The position numbers were made by a program, and so were the translations under genes. Of a stretch of 64,000 bases of DNA, positions 37,191-49,974 are shown piece by piece. The notes below the pieces were generated by a model, which was given only the letters and a program-made list of their open reading frames with translations, had not been told where the DNA came from and searched no databases. This stretch comes from Chiloscyllium plagiosum (Eukaryota): positions 839,805-903,804 of the forward strand of contig NC_057756.1 of NCBI RefSeq assembly GCF_004010195.1, given 5' to 3'. Numbering within the stretch: position 1 is the stretch's first letter; each line of letters begins with the position of its first letter.

Positions 37191-38502
37191 CAAAAACACA
37201 TTTTACGAAGATGTTCCATGTGGAAGTGTTTTGCTGTACAGTATTCCTATCTCCTTTTTTGTAAAGTACGATTCATCATGTCTATCATTCAACTTGAGTG
37301 AGGATGAGACTCAACATGGGACCTTTAACTGATCCCATATGAGTTTATAACATCTTGCAAAGCTTGAGCAGTAAAATTAATCTCAATTTCTCATTTTGCT
37401 TCAGATTTACAGCATCCACAGTTCTTTTCGTTTTTTTTGCCCAGTGAAAAGAAGTTGCCTTGATCTGATTCATTACTGGGTACCCCAACCTTGTAAACAC
37501 AAGTTGTACCAGGACATTAGCTGTCTTTTTAATCATATTATTTTTGATAGCAAATGCAGCAACACGTTAATTGAATGTATCAATTATCATTAAGACAAAT
37601 CCTCCCTAACATGATGACAAATGCCCAACATAATCTATCACCATATTAGCACATGGGATTTGGACTCTTCTCGTGAGTCTCATTTCCAATTTACTCACAT
37701 ATTTTGAGCAGTGACTAAATAATTTCCCAGATAGTGTTTCACAAATGTATCCAGAATAAGCCCATCAACATTGCCCTTAAATTTGATTTCTGCTCCCAAT
37801 TACCTTGAACACTGGAAAATTGATAGGTGATTTTATTTCAGTCTCGGCTTAGCGCAACATATCGTCCATAATAATCAAAATGGTCCATCTTGGAGTTGTA
37901 ATATCACATCCCAACCATCCTAGAAAGCAGGATATGCTCAATCTTATAAATGTTTTAAGTCATTACCAGTATAATGAGACTTCTGAAATCGGAAATTTTA
38001 ACCCAATGAATGGTAACAACACCTATTTTTCACACTTCTGGTGCTGTCATGGTTCTCCTCTTGATCGTTCTGTTTTGCCTACACATCTCCATGATAATTC
38101 TCAAGGAGGAGGATATTTGATTTGTGTTAACCTTCGTAATCGTATACTTCCTTCATTCCGCATTTTTATAGATTTACTTGAACAAGGCTGCAGAGTGACA
38201 GAGTGAATCCATCTGCTGAAACATAAATATTCACTTCTCATTTAACATATGTGTGCTTATGTCCTATCGGGGTGATGAGCTACATAAGTCGGAGCTGCCA
38301 ACTCAAGTATTCGAGTAGTTATCTTCAAGGTTATTAAGAACTAATTTAATAAAATGTGTACTTTGATGAATCTCTGTACATATTCCACATCAAGCCTTTC
38401 CAATGACTTTCTGCATTGTGGAGGTTCCATTAATTAAAAATGTCAAAATCCATGTTGTTAATTCTCCCTGTTCTGGTTGTGTCAAATATACATCGAGATA
38501 TA

Positions 38503-38536
38503 TATACATCTGGATGTATATACATCCAGATGTATA
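38503..38536. repeat. Perfect 34-bp palindrome
   Basis: tatacatctggatgtat|atacatccagatgtata. Confidence 0.9.
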
Positions 38537-40944
38537 CTTCAATGGACTTACCTCTGCTTGTTTTGGAACAGATAGTCCCTTGGAGTCATTTATTTCAATA
38601 GTCCGACACTCATGTGGCGTCACTATTATAGTTCTTAATTTTGTCCGTTTAACTGAGATATCATGACTTTTCAGTTTTGTAGCTTTAATTGCGCCCATCT
38701 GCCACGATTTGAATAGGCGCATGTTTTGTAAGGATACTTATGGGATTAAGCCCAATGAACTGAATTATATACAAAAATAACTGCACTTCCCAAAGAATTG
38801 CCAGAAGACATCTTTCACATATTTCAAATCTTTGCACGACAGGAGCTCAAAACCTACAGGCCTAAGCCATTCTCTTGAGGTGTCCCTGCAGAAGTACTGC
38901 AGCAAGTGTTAGGTGTTTTGCAGCGACTTCGAATGCAAAAGGGAAATCTGGGTCTCGACCTTGCTAATGTCAATTTGATTTCGGAAACAGTCTCTGTATT
39001 GTTTCGTTCACTGCCTTGGAACATTTTTCTTCAAATGAAGATGGTTTGGTCGCAATACAAAAACCACTAATCCCAAAAACAAAAATCGAAGAAATTTTAC
39101 ATCTTTATGGAAGGACAACTGCATAATGGATTGAATGATTTTCTTTTCAGTTTCACACTTTCTGTGGGTTACCTCAGTGTCTAAGTACACCACCTGAGAC
39201 TTATCATTCTGCAGCTTTTTTTCCTGATTAAGTTCGAACGAAGTGAGGAGGTTAGTGGTTCATCATATGATTGGAGTGTTCAACTGTAGTTTCAATCTGG
39301 AGAAGAAAATCATCTGCACACTGGTTTAAGCAATCTGGTCGTGAAACAATGCAACCTTTCAGCCAATCTGCGATAGAAGATGGATGGACAGTTGTGGAAT
39401 ACTTGCAATAAATAAGTCCATGTATATTTCTGATATTAAAATGTCAAAGCAAATTTATGTTGACTTTGTTGATTTAAAGGAGTAAATGAAAACATATTAT
39501 TACTTTCGTGAAAAGTAAAATATTTCTCATTTGGAACTTGCTGTCCTCACTGTCCTAAGTTTAGTTGCGACTGTTGAATCCAATTAACAGTTTTTCAAAG
39601 AAAAATACTTCTCAATAATCGATCATCAGTTGAGAAAATAAAAACATATTTTGTCCAAATGGCCAAATGGCAGAATTATTTCTCGAAGCTACACATCGAA
39701 AAACTCCCTGTTGTAGTGGACTTGAAATTACCTTTCCACTCAGCTTGTAGAAATTACATCTCCCTCAGCTTGTTTATGGAAATACAGCTACTTTTGAAGT
39801 TTTGTGTCAGTGCCTTCTTACAATTACTTTATCTGACATTCGATGACAGTCGCTTTTGTGCATTGCAAGTACACGTGCATATTTAGTAATATTCTCGCAA
39901 ATGATTAAATGATTGGGTATGGGTTTTAGCCAGCATTCCTCGAATGCTAAGACGTTATCTGCATAGGTACCACTGCATATCTCTGATCATGCTTCATTTG
40001 CATTTGGCAGCCGCTAGGTGAAACAATTTTTCCAATCAAAATACAATTTACATCCACACATATGTTTGGATCTCAAAATATTCTGCGTTATTCGTTGACG
40101 TTGTACTACTGTGGTTGGATGATAACAAACCACATCAACCAACTTACTCTCAATCGTCTCCCTTCCAAATCCCTTTCGTTAATGTCTGGCAAACCCACTC
40201 AGTATTGTTGTCCTTTCCTTTCACCAAGATAAGCAAATATCTCTGCACGTGTTCAGGCTAGTATGGGAATGCCTTGCATCCATTGGAATTCGATGAAGTG
40301 GCCTCCTGCCTTGTCTTCTACAACGTGTTTCCCAACATTATCCCACCCTGTTTGTTACTCACCCACAGTGGAGATGCTAGCAATATTATAGCCTCGGATT
40401 TGCATCCAATAACGATGGATAACGAGAAGCAGATTCCTCCACTCTCTTTCTGAAGCCTATTACACTAGTTTCTATGATGGTAGAGCTCCTTACCCTGCTC
40501 GGATTCCTGTCCATGTGCTTGTTTCTGCCCCATCGTTATGCTTGTCCATGTCCATGTAAGCACTGGCAAGTTGCTCTGCAATGCTGAGTGAAGAGACGCC
40601 ATTGACTGCAGTTAAAGCACTACACGTTAGGTCGAGAATTGCCTTACCGTTGTCCTCTACCTCTATCCACAGGGACTCTATTTCGAGGCAGGAAATCCCG
40701 AGGATTAGCACCACCAACTTTTCCACTACGTCCTTCATTTCTCCAAAACAGAAAAACAATAGGACGGTTTTCAGGAAATATTTTCCTGCTCCTCACCCTT
40801 TTACCATTATCTCCCTCTTGGATTTCGTTCTCCTATGTTCAAATTACTCTCCTTACTACCCATAGTGCGTTATGCATATTATCATTACGAGGTGTGGGTA
40901 GTAAGGCGAATGATTTTCCTCGTTAGGAAGGAAAAACAAGTGGC

Positions 40945-41930
40945 AAAAAAAGCTTTAGCATCTTCCTTGATCCTATCTGCCAACAACACCTCATGTCCCC
41001 TCCCAACTCTTCTTAGCTGTCTCTTTAGGTCTTTCGTGGCTAACCTGTAAATCTCAAGCACTCGAGCTGAGCCTTCATGACTCATCCTAACATAACCTTC
41101 TTCTGCGCCTTGACAAGAGATTCAACTTCTTTAATAACCAAGGCTTCCTCGGTCAATCTCCTCCTCCCTGCCCGACAGGTACATACTTATCAAGGACACA
41201 CAGTAGCTGTTCCTTGAATAAGCTCCACATATTAATTGTGACAATTCCCTGGAGTTTCCTTCTCCGTCCTATGCATCCTAAATCTTGCCCAATCTCATTA
41301 TAATTATCTTGCCTTGCTGTATATAACTGCCTCCTTCCATCACTAAAGTAAACACAACCGAATTGTGGACATGATCACAAAAGTTCTCACCTAACTCCAA
41401 ATATAACACCTGGCCAGGTTTATTACCCAATCACAAACCCAAACCCTTTTTTGGCCTGTCTACAAACTGTGTCAGGAAATCATCCTGCACACTTTGGACA
41501 AAAACTTACCCATCTGCAGTACTCGAACTATTGTATTTGCATTTAATATTTGGACAGTTAAAGTCTCCCATAACAACTACCCTTTAATACTCGCTTCTAT
41601 CCAAAATTATCTTTGCGAGCTTTTCCTCTACATCTTTGGAACTATTCAGAGGGTGTAGAAAACTCCCAACAGGATGACCTCTCATTACTAGTGTCTTTGA
41701 CTAACAATGCCACACATCCCCCTCTTTTACCGTCTTCTCTGTTCTTTCTGAAGCATCTATATCGTGGAGTCTGCAACAATGATACCCGTCCCTGCTCTAT
41801 CGATGTCTCCGAGATGCCATAACATCAAAGTTCCAGGTGCCAACCCATGCTATGAGTCGACCCACCTTAATCTAGATGTCGTGGCATTGAATTAGACACC
41901 TCATAACAACTTTCTGCTTCCAGTGACTCC
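40945..41930 (-). mobile_element. CR1 ORF2 endonuclease/linker fragment
   Basis: YRLATKDLKRQLRRVGRGHEVLLADRIKEDAKAF and a VVVMGDFN-coding stretch near 41560-41580. Confidence 0.85.
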
Positions 41931-42002
41931 TGCGACCTTGAAATCTCAAGTTAGTGAGTAGTTGGCACAGTGTGTCTGTCGATTGGTGTGTTACTATGAT
42001 TC

Positions 42003-43015
42003 CCAGTGGTCATAGGAGTCTGGTTTTCATTTCTGATATATTTTTGATACAGGGTAGCGTGACCAATCAATCAGGTCATGCAGTGTCCAACTTTCGTTGT
42101 CTATTTGTTAGTCATTCGTGGACAAAACTGTTGGGGCATACTTTGTTTCTGGAAATCGTGTGTACGTGTACTTCCTCATTTATCTATAGTTCTGGTGTTC
42201 ACAAACAGAGCTATGTCAGGGCACTATTTACACGTGATATAACACACAGCAACACTCGAGAACTACATAAACATGGGGAATAATGGCTACGCAAATTCTT
42301 CAAAAACAAAGCATACCCCAACATATTCGTCTGCAGATGCCTATTGCAACGACAGCATCAAGAGGGCACTGCAAGTCCTGATTCACTGATCACCCTTCCC
42401 TGTATCAAGAACTTATCAGAAATGACAACAAGAATTCTCCAGCCACTGAAAATCATGGTAGCATACCAATCCATGGTCACACACCACTAACTAATCACAG
42501 AGACGAAAGAAATCATATCCACAACATGCAGGACCAATACAATATACTCTATAAACACTACATAGGACAGACTTCAAGAGAATTAGCAATCCTTATCTAT
42601 GAACTCCAACTAATAGAAAAACGGCACGACCAACTGTCTCTCATCTCAATAAATGCAGACAAGGTGGGCCATCAATTTGACACGGCTAACATAACCATCT
42701 TACAACAAGCTAATCAGAGAAATGCATGTAAATTCATCGAGGACTGGATTTCAACCCGAAGTACCATCAACAAGAATGTCAATGTAGATCCGTATAGAAA
42801 TCATTGCAGAAAAAGAAACGAAATGACAACAGCTTCATTGATAGACCAGATCATATAAATATCAAGCAGAGTAGAACAACAACTCTTCATAGAAGTTACA
42901 CTGGTGATGTCAATTGTCATGGTGACGAAACGTCTGAATGATACTCCATCATCTCCAGGAGCAAACCAAAGATCGAATCCACAATTCGAGCTACAAATCT
43001 TCAAGAAAAGCTTAA
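42003..43015 (+). mobile_element. Penelope-like element (RT C-terminus, GIY-YIG, terminal hammerhead motif) with an inverted 5' segment
   Basis: HKQSYVRALF and YNILYKHYIGQTSRELAI; 42003-42200 is an inverted homolog of about 42250-42450; ctggtgatgtca...tgacgaaacgtc at 42901-42934. Confidence 0.82.
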
Positions 43016-43949
43016 AAAGATTTGAGATCATATTATATTTTCGTTCTCTAAAACTGTGCTGACACCTTCGATGAATTAACCACATACATCTCAAGTCACT
43101 CTGCTCGAGTGTACTCTTTTCAAATCTGCTGTCAGATTAGCTATCTCCGTACCTTCTGCAAGTTAAATCAATTAGCCATTCCATCCATTACATTTCAAAG
43201 ATCATTTAATAACTCATTACACAGACCCTCAGTTGTATTTTGATCTCATGAACTTTTTTGCTCTGATCGTCAATGATTTTGTTTTGTATTAGATCACTTT
43301 CTGAAAGTGCAACTGTACGTCATGTTTATTAATTTTTATTAGAGAGAATGTGTTACCAATCATATTTATAGAAACTAAACTATAAACCTTTTCTGATCTT
43401 TCTTTAACAAAGCAAACCTTCAGCATAAAATATTTGTCTTTGAATACAACAGAATTTGAATCTCTTGTTCCTTTTTTTTTGCCTGAGCGATGATATTCTT
43501 CAGATATCTACTCCACAGTGCTTTATGACATTTTTAACTGTGCTTATTCGATAAACACCACATTATTTAAATCAACCATCTCTGTAATAAAGCTAGTTAC
43601 ATCTGATTCTAACTTAAGTGATTAAACCAGAGTTTCCAAAGTTACTCAGTTTTGTCATGAATGATCATCTCTAAAATGTTTTCCTATATCAGGTTAATCA
43701 CACTTGTCTTGAGTTTTTTACATTTGCAACGTCTTTTAAGAAAACTCTGCAGCATATGGCAACGCATCTAAGTTAAAAAAAGGAACGAAATCTTTGTCTG
43801 AACATTTGCAATTTATGTTCTTAATTTATTGTATTTCATTGGAGACCCGTGATCAGTTCCTGGTTCTTCCTGAAGGACATATCACCTCTTCATGATATGC
43901 AAAATCTTCAAATGTCTGAATCATCATCTTCTTACATTAGTGGAGAAAA

Positions 43950-44290
43950 TGTAAAGTTTTGGCAGCATCTGTGCAGAGGAATGCGTTAATGTAAAGTCCC
44001 ATGAACCCACTTGGTTTTCTTTCCATTTATGTTGCTAAGCTTACTCAATTTCTCAATCTCTGAGGAGCAGGAGAGTTGACATTTTGGACATAACCACTTT
44101 ATTGGGCTATTGCCCGAAATTTCAAATCACCTGCGACTGGGATGCTGCCTCACCTGCTGTTCTGTTCCAGCACCAAACTTTGTGACTCGAATTTCTTGCA
44201 TCTTCAGTCCTCACTTTCCCTCAGTTTCTCAGTCTGCTGAATTTCTCTAGCAATTTCTATTTTTTGTTGGTCTCCAGTATTCGTAGTTCT
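43950..44290. repeat. Cluster of nested, decayed Penelope-terminal-type short repeats
   Basis: ggcagcatctgtgcagag, gaggagcaggagagttgaca and gatgctgcctcacctgctg...ttccagcacc...cagtcctcact. Confidence 0.55.
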
Positions 44291-44420
44291 TTGATTCATT
44301 AATTTAGTGCCTCAGGCATACCTGCTGCTTCGACATTTAAAGTGTTATTTTAGAAACCACGAATCTGCCATTCGCTTCCTCACACACCAGGTTATAGTCC
44401 AATAGGTTTAATTGGAAGCA

Positions 44421-44455
44421 TACTAGCTTTCGGAGCACCGCTCCTTCATCAGGTG
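44421..44455 (-). ncRNA. Minimal type-I hammerhead ribozyme motif with intact core, inside a Penelope terminal repeat (44381-44462)
   Basis: Minus strand cac-CTGATGA-A-GGAGC-ggt-GCTCC-GAAA-GC-TA-gta: CUGAUGA, a 5-bp stem II, GAAA, a palindromic AGCU mini-stem III and a CUA site. Stem I is short. Confidence 0.6.
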
Positions 44456-44875
44456 GTTGTGTATCGTATATCTGATTTAGTATAGAACAAATTTATCTGT
44501 TAATCCTGAATGTCAGTCCGTTCTCATATCTCCATTTGCTTGATGTGTTTAAATTTCTGTCAAGATGTTAATTTAACTTTGATTTTTTTCAACCAAAAAA
44601 TCGATTATTCCGCAAACATGGAGAATATATTTGTTGAGTAAAAGACCTGATCTCCTTTTCTATTTGTGTTGGGAAGAGATGTAACAGGAGGGACATGAAT
44701 TTAATTCGAAATATAGCATTAATTTCTTCCTCATTTTCTATTTGCCTACTTATTAAATATAATTGACGTCCTTTGTCTTTTGCATGTTATTTGAAATTAA
44801 ATGATGGCAATGACTGACTATGTACAATGTCGCCTACAAATGCACTTTTGACTTTACTCTCCAAATTTTCCACAG

Positions 44876-44890
44876 AAAAAAGAAAGAAAG
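44876..44890 (+). CDS. Micro-exon (15 nt, phase 1-1): EKRKK
   Basis: ctttactctccaaattttccacag|AAAAAAGAAAGAAAG|gtacgg. Confidence 0.75.
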
Positions 44891-45069
44891 GTACGGAAAT
44901 ATGCCTGGAAGAAGAAGCTTGATTTCATTCTATTAGAATAGGACTTTGAGGTAGAAAGGACTTTCAAGTGGTGGAACATTAGCTGCAAATTATAAACTGA
45001 TTGGCATCTATTTAATTTATATTGGGCTTCTGCTATCCCAGTTGGTTAGACTATTAGTATGCAAACAGA

Positions 45070-45240
45070 TTAATGCTAACAACTTGGATTAAATTCTCAC
45101 ACCAGTTGAGGTGCCATGAGGGCTATCCTTCTCAACTTCTTCCCTCACCTGAGGCGTGGTGTCCCTCAGGTTCAACCAGTATCATTCGTTTCTGTTTTTA
45201 TGTAAGAACAGCCATATGGTCTAGTCCTATGACAACTTAC
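45070..45240 (+). mobile_element. Short SINE-like interspersed repeat
   Basis: ccttctcaacttcttccctcacctgaggcgtggtgtccctcaggtt hairpin and an agccatatggtc...ctatgacaactt tail; family assigned from memory of shark repeats only. Confidence 0.4.
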
Positions 45241-46140
45241 AAGTGTAATGTGTTAAACCATAAATGAAATGTACAATAGGAGTTTCAAAAAAAATATCAA
45301 TTTAGCACTTACAGCTGAGGTAAGGTTCTACTGATCCTACTTTTATACCATGATGGTATGGTCCCGAGATCCGGCTTTAACACCTACCTGCTCGTCGGTA
45401 TGTCATAACATTCTGAACAGCTCTATTACAATACCTTTCGTAAGTTTCAGCTACACTGGTGGATCTTTCGACTGTTGCATTTTCTTTTTTGCTAGGTTCC
45501 TCATTTGCACAAAACGGAAACGACTCATTATCCCTTCCCTTCTAAATTTCCTGTTCGTAGAAATTAAATAAAAATTTCAAAAGACGTTACTCGACAGTGT
45601 TAACGTACTTAAATTCAGCCTTCAACCTTCCTTTAGAACCAACAGCTCCTTGATTTCAATGTTAAATGCGTTCATCACAACTTAGTATTTTCTAGCGGAT
45701 GTTTTTGTTTATTTTAAGAAAGAAACGTGTCCATAACTCAGCTTCATAATTTCCTACATTTTGTACTCAGAACTGTCCGCTCAGGAGTACATACAAGTTC
45801 CCAATATTAAACTAACTCAGCGTAAATTTAACTGCATATCTTTGCACTTCGTAGATGCTGCTAGGAGTAATAATGGAACTTCCAACATCCAGTAACAAGC
45901 ATAGTTGACGATGGTTGATGTATGCTTGTTCAGCATGAATTTTTTAAAAAGTATGTTATTGAGTAGTGAATATTGAACCTGATTTTTATCGCGAACAAAC
46001 TGAATGATTGATTTTTTAAAAATCTGTACATCGATAATGTATATTAATAAGATGTATTATATGATTCTGCTGAAGCACGCTATTGAAGATACAACCAGTG
46101 TGAAAATGTTTACTTTCAAATTGTTCCCACGATTATTCAG

Positions 46141-46167
46141 AATTGGAAGCAAAGGAGAAACTTGATG
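46141..46167 (+). CDS. Micro-exon (27 nt, phase 1-1): ELEAKEKLD
   Basis: ttgttcccacgattattcag|AATTGGAAGCAAAGGAGAAACTTGATG|gtaaga. Confidence 0.82.
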
Positions 46168-46731
46168 GTAAGAAGATATATTGTCCAATGAAATGTATCA
46201 ATTTCTGTAGAATATTGACTTGCAAATAAATTATCATTGATGTGATGCCTCATTGATCTTTTTGTTAATCTTGGCTATTCTTCTATAGTACAGTCTACGT
46301 GTTCTGGCTCATCCATAATAAACAAAAGACAAGACAAACTTGTCTCATTTATAGATGCTGTTGAAGTTGTATGCTATTACATCATTATTAAATGTGCACC
46401 TTGTAATTAATTGACGTTGCGATGAATAGAATACATATTGGGGGGCTACACATAGACTGATGCACAATAGGCTCTAAAACCAAGTAATATACTTGATTAT
46501 TTCTTTTGACGTTTCTGATGGTGATCTACATTATGATCCAGTGTGGGCACACGTTAATTTTACGTTACTCATCTTTGCCTATTCTTTGCAACATGAGTAC
46601 ACAGCATTTTTCTATGAGGTCTTTGTTTCTGTGAATCTGCCTAATGTGTCTCCCATTCATATGATGCAATCATCAGAAGGCATGCCGTTAAATATTCCAC
46701 TTCATCTCATTTATAATTTATTAAATTTTAG

Positions 46732-46758
46732 ACGAAGAAACTCGGGAAAAAGACTCAG
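46732..46758 (+). CDS. Micro-exon (27 nt, phase 1-1): DEETREKDS
   Basis: tttataatttattaaattttag|ACGAAGAAACTCGGGAAAAAGACTCAG|gtaaca. Confidence 0.82.
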
Positions 46759-48288
46759 GTAACATATTGAAAAAAGTGCCTCTACTTTTTGAAAATGTAG
46801 TTTCTATCTCTTCATTGCCTCAAATCATTAGAAGAGATCAAACAACATGATTGCTTATATTTTAAAAATAAATGCTTTAAAAACAAGATCTCAGGCAATC
46901 ACATGCAAAAAAAAGCAGTAATCTTGCACTGTTGGGAAACTTGGAGGAAAGATCCTAGTGAACTTTTCTAGGGGCTGTCCTGACCTAATGGCAATGAGAC
47001 TGGGCTTGTAATGCAGAACCAAAGGCTAATACTGCCAAAATGCTACCATTAAAATAAATGAAATAAAGTCCATTGTATTGAATCTGATTAGGAAATATCT
47101 TTTAGAGAAATGAATTTACTATCCTTACATTTGCTCGGGTAAACGTGTGGATTAAATGTTGTTCTGACCTGAATTGCACGCCCCATGAACATCAATAAAG
47201 AGAAAAGAAAATTGAAATCCACGAAATCGCAGGAGCATCTGTGATGCTGTGCGATATAAGCTGGCTATGGGGCAATTCACACCTACACAAGAGAGGACCT
47301 TAAAACATCAGGGTCATTGCCTAAACGAAAACACTAAATGGGCTTACCCCACCATAGCAGAATTAACACACCCGTTTTTGATACCGTGGTCACATTTGAT
47401 AATATGTATTGACAGTGTTCGAAAATGGAGGATAAATTAAGTACAGTCCCTACCATCAGGTAATCCTCATATTACCCCAGGAAAGGTTCCAAGTTAAATG
47501 GAGCAGGGCGAGCAGGATGGAGGTCCAATAGCACTTCGATTATTCTTTCCTGTCATCATATTTTGGACAATTATTTAGAGGGTAACACTTGCACTAGGAG
47601 CTCTATAGCCTTGGTAGCCAAAAAAAGTGATAATTTAAGATACACAGAAGCATTCCATAGGCAGTCACATTACTCAAAGCCGGATAATGCAAACTTGTTC
47701 TCTTGCCACCTGAATGAAGTGTAATCTTTCCTCGGTTGAAAGTAGTCTGAAAAACAAGGGGAATAAGTAAAACTGTTCGGAATATTGACAATTTCACCCA
47801 TATATTAAATTCTTATTTATTGTCGTTCCTTCGACTAGTTAATGCTATTACCTCCATTACTTACGTGCCTAAAGTGTTCAAGCATTAATCTCCACCGAAG
47901 TTCCTTATGCAAGGTTGGCAATTCCCACTATCAAGGCTCTCAGGACTTAAGTTCTGCCTTTTTGCAAAAAGTCTCAGGATTATCAGTGACTGCAGGCAGT
48001 TCTACTTGGTTTGGGGCTGAATCCAAATATATGTTTGAGGTAGTGCAGGATTTGAATTAAGTGTAATACCCTACTTCTTTGTCCTAGGTACAGGGTGAAC
48101 ACTTATCGTACTGTTAAATTGTCTCGATGCATCAAGTTGCTGAACCACGTTGCTAATGTGTTCAAGAGTTGCATGTCTCACCTTCCAATGACTTCTATGG
48201 TATATTAAGTCAGGATCAGCAGAATGCATTTCTTTTTTTCTGTAGAATTGGAAACAATGAGCGCTTTTGTTTTCTGTATTCCCTACAG

Positions 48289-48324
48289 AAATAGCTGCTT
48301 TAAATAAAGAATTACAAGATTCAG
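48289..48324 (+). CDS. Micro-exon (36 nt, phase 1-1): EIAALNKELQDS
   Basis: ttttgttttctgtattccctacag|AAATAGCTGCTTTAAATAAAGAATTACAAGATTCAG|gtgagc. Confidence 0.9.
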
Positions 48325-48887
48325 GTGAGCAAGAGAAGCAAACTGAACGCCGGTACTCACATGACTGTTTAGTCCCAACAGTTAATCTGACATGCTACAT
48401 CGTCACAGTCAATCTGTGCCAAACGATTTTATTTTTGCCTGTCCTTCAAACATATCACTTCAAATAACAAAATAAATCAAACATACATTGAAAGTGAATG
48501 CGAAAGTCACAGAATAATTCCCAGTTTACAAAAAAAGGTAATAGGTTAAATAAAAAAATATTTTTCCAAAATCGATTGAAATTTTAGAATCTGACCAAAA
48601 ATACTCTCCACGACGTTAGAGGAAACGATAAGATCGAAACAGGGTTCCATTTTCAGTTGGCGATGGGCCTAAAAAAAGGTAAATGAAGTAAAATTAAGTA
48701 TCAGACTGCAAAGCGTTGTAGTTTGCCGACAATTAAAAAAACTGTTGCTTGTGTGAACTGCGGGAACTTCTCTGACAGTGCTATTTGGTTCTGATTGATT
48801 TTAAATTTTGTAGTAATTTTAAAAAATATATATAATGAAGACACATCTCTTTCTTTGTCTTAGCAGTTCGCATAGCGAACAGATGAG

Positions 48888-49240
48888 TATAGAATTCATA
48901 CAGTGCTGCAAGTGACGATTTGGCTGAAGAGACAGCAGCGGCACTCTGGAGAGCTCCCCAACACCCCAGACCCATACTACACCTTATATCGAAAATCCCA
49001 CTTTAACCATGCTAATTTACCTAGCGTAGACATTTAAGGATATAACGAGCAACTTTGCATGGCTAATGCAAATAACCTGCACATTTTTGAATATGGGATA
49101 AAGTTCGAACACTTGGCAGAAACCCTTGCAGACATGCACAGACCATGAAAACTCAACACAGAATGTGACCCACTTTTATAATAGAACCCGTGTCCTTGGT
49201 AGTGTGAGGCAAGAGTGCCAATCATTGTGCTACCACTGCT
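48888..49240 (-). mobile_element. HE1-like SINE, near full length, decayed
   Basis: Reverse complement of the head (gtgtgaggcaagagtgccaatcattgtgctacc) and the body (gcatggctaatgcaaataacctgcacat, gaaacccttgcagaca). Confidence 0.75.
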
Positions 49241-49974
49241 AGCAATTACTGGAATTATCGATACTCGTGAAAAAGGTAAAACATTGGAGAAAGAAGCCAG
49301 ATGCTGTGTATAACCAATAATTAAATCTCGATTTCTTTTTTTTTCCGGGGTAGGTCGCGGTGGCTGTGGTGGAAAGAGTTGAACTACATCGAAACCACAC
49401 TCCTTCCTTATCATTTTTCACCTGTGCAGGCTTCTGCTTGACACACACTGTTCACCGTCATGTCCACCTCCCCATTCATCTGTATTTTATATCCCTCCAG
49501 TCCAAAACCTACGTGCTCATTTCTGTCTGCTTAATTTTCATTTTGCTTTCCTTGTATCTCGCTCCCTTATCTTCCATTAATTACTTCCCACATGATCTTG
49601 ATGACTGTCCATTTTTCTCTTTTTCATCTCCATCTCCCTTATGATGGATTTGATGGAAGCTTTTTTTTAAGAAAAAAAGAACAAATGAAAGACATATCTA
49701 TAGCCAATTTTTCAGCAACTGAAATTACACACGTGAGATGTCTGTTAGGTCACAAGCAGCAAAATGAGAAGATATATTAAGGATCTCACAAGCTTTCGAG
49801 TCCAGTTTAAGCTGTATGCAATCATTTCACCCACTGAAATTGCGGCACATCCAAGAAAAATGTCATTGTGCGGTATGAGCAGTATAACGATATAAAGTTT
49901 GGGAAATCCGACCTACAATATAGACATGGATCTTAAATCATAACCTGTAACTCCAGGTCATTATTACAATCAAA

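Noticed and set aside
48246-48288. Strong upstream acceptor (ttttttctgtag|AATTGGAAAC) resembling the start of exon 46141
   Set aside because: No donor at a multiple of 3; use with the 48324 donor gives 79 nt and a frameshift.
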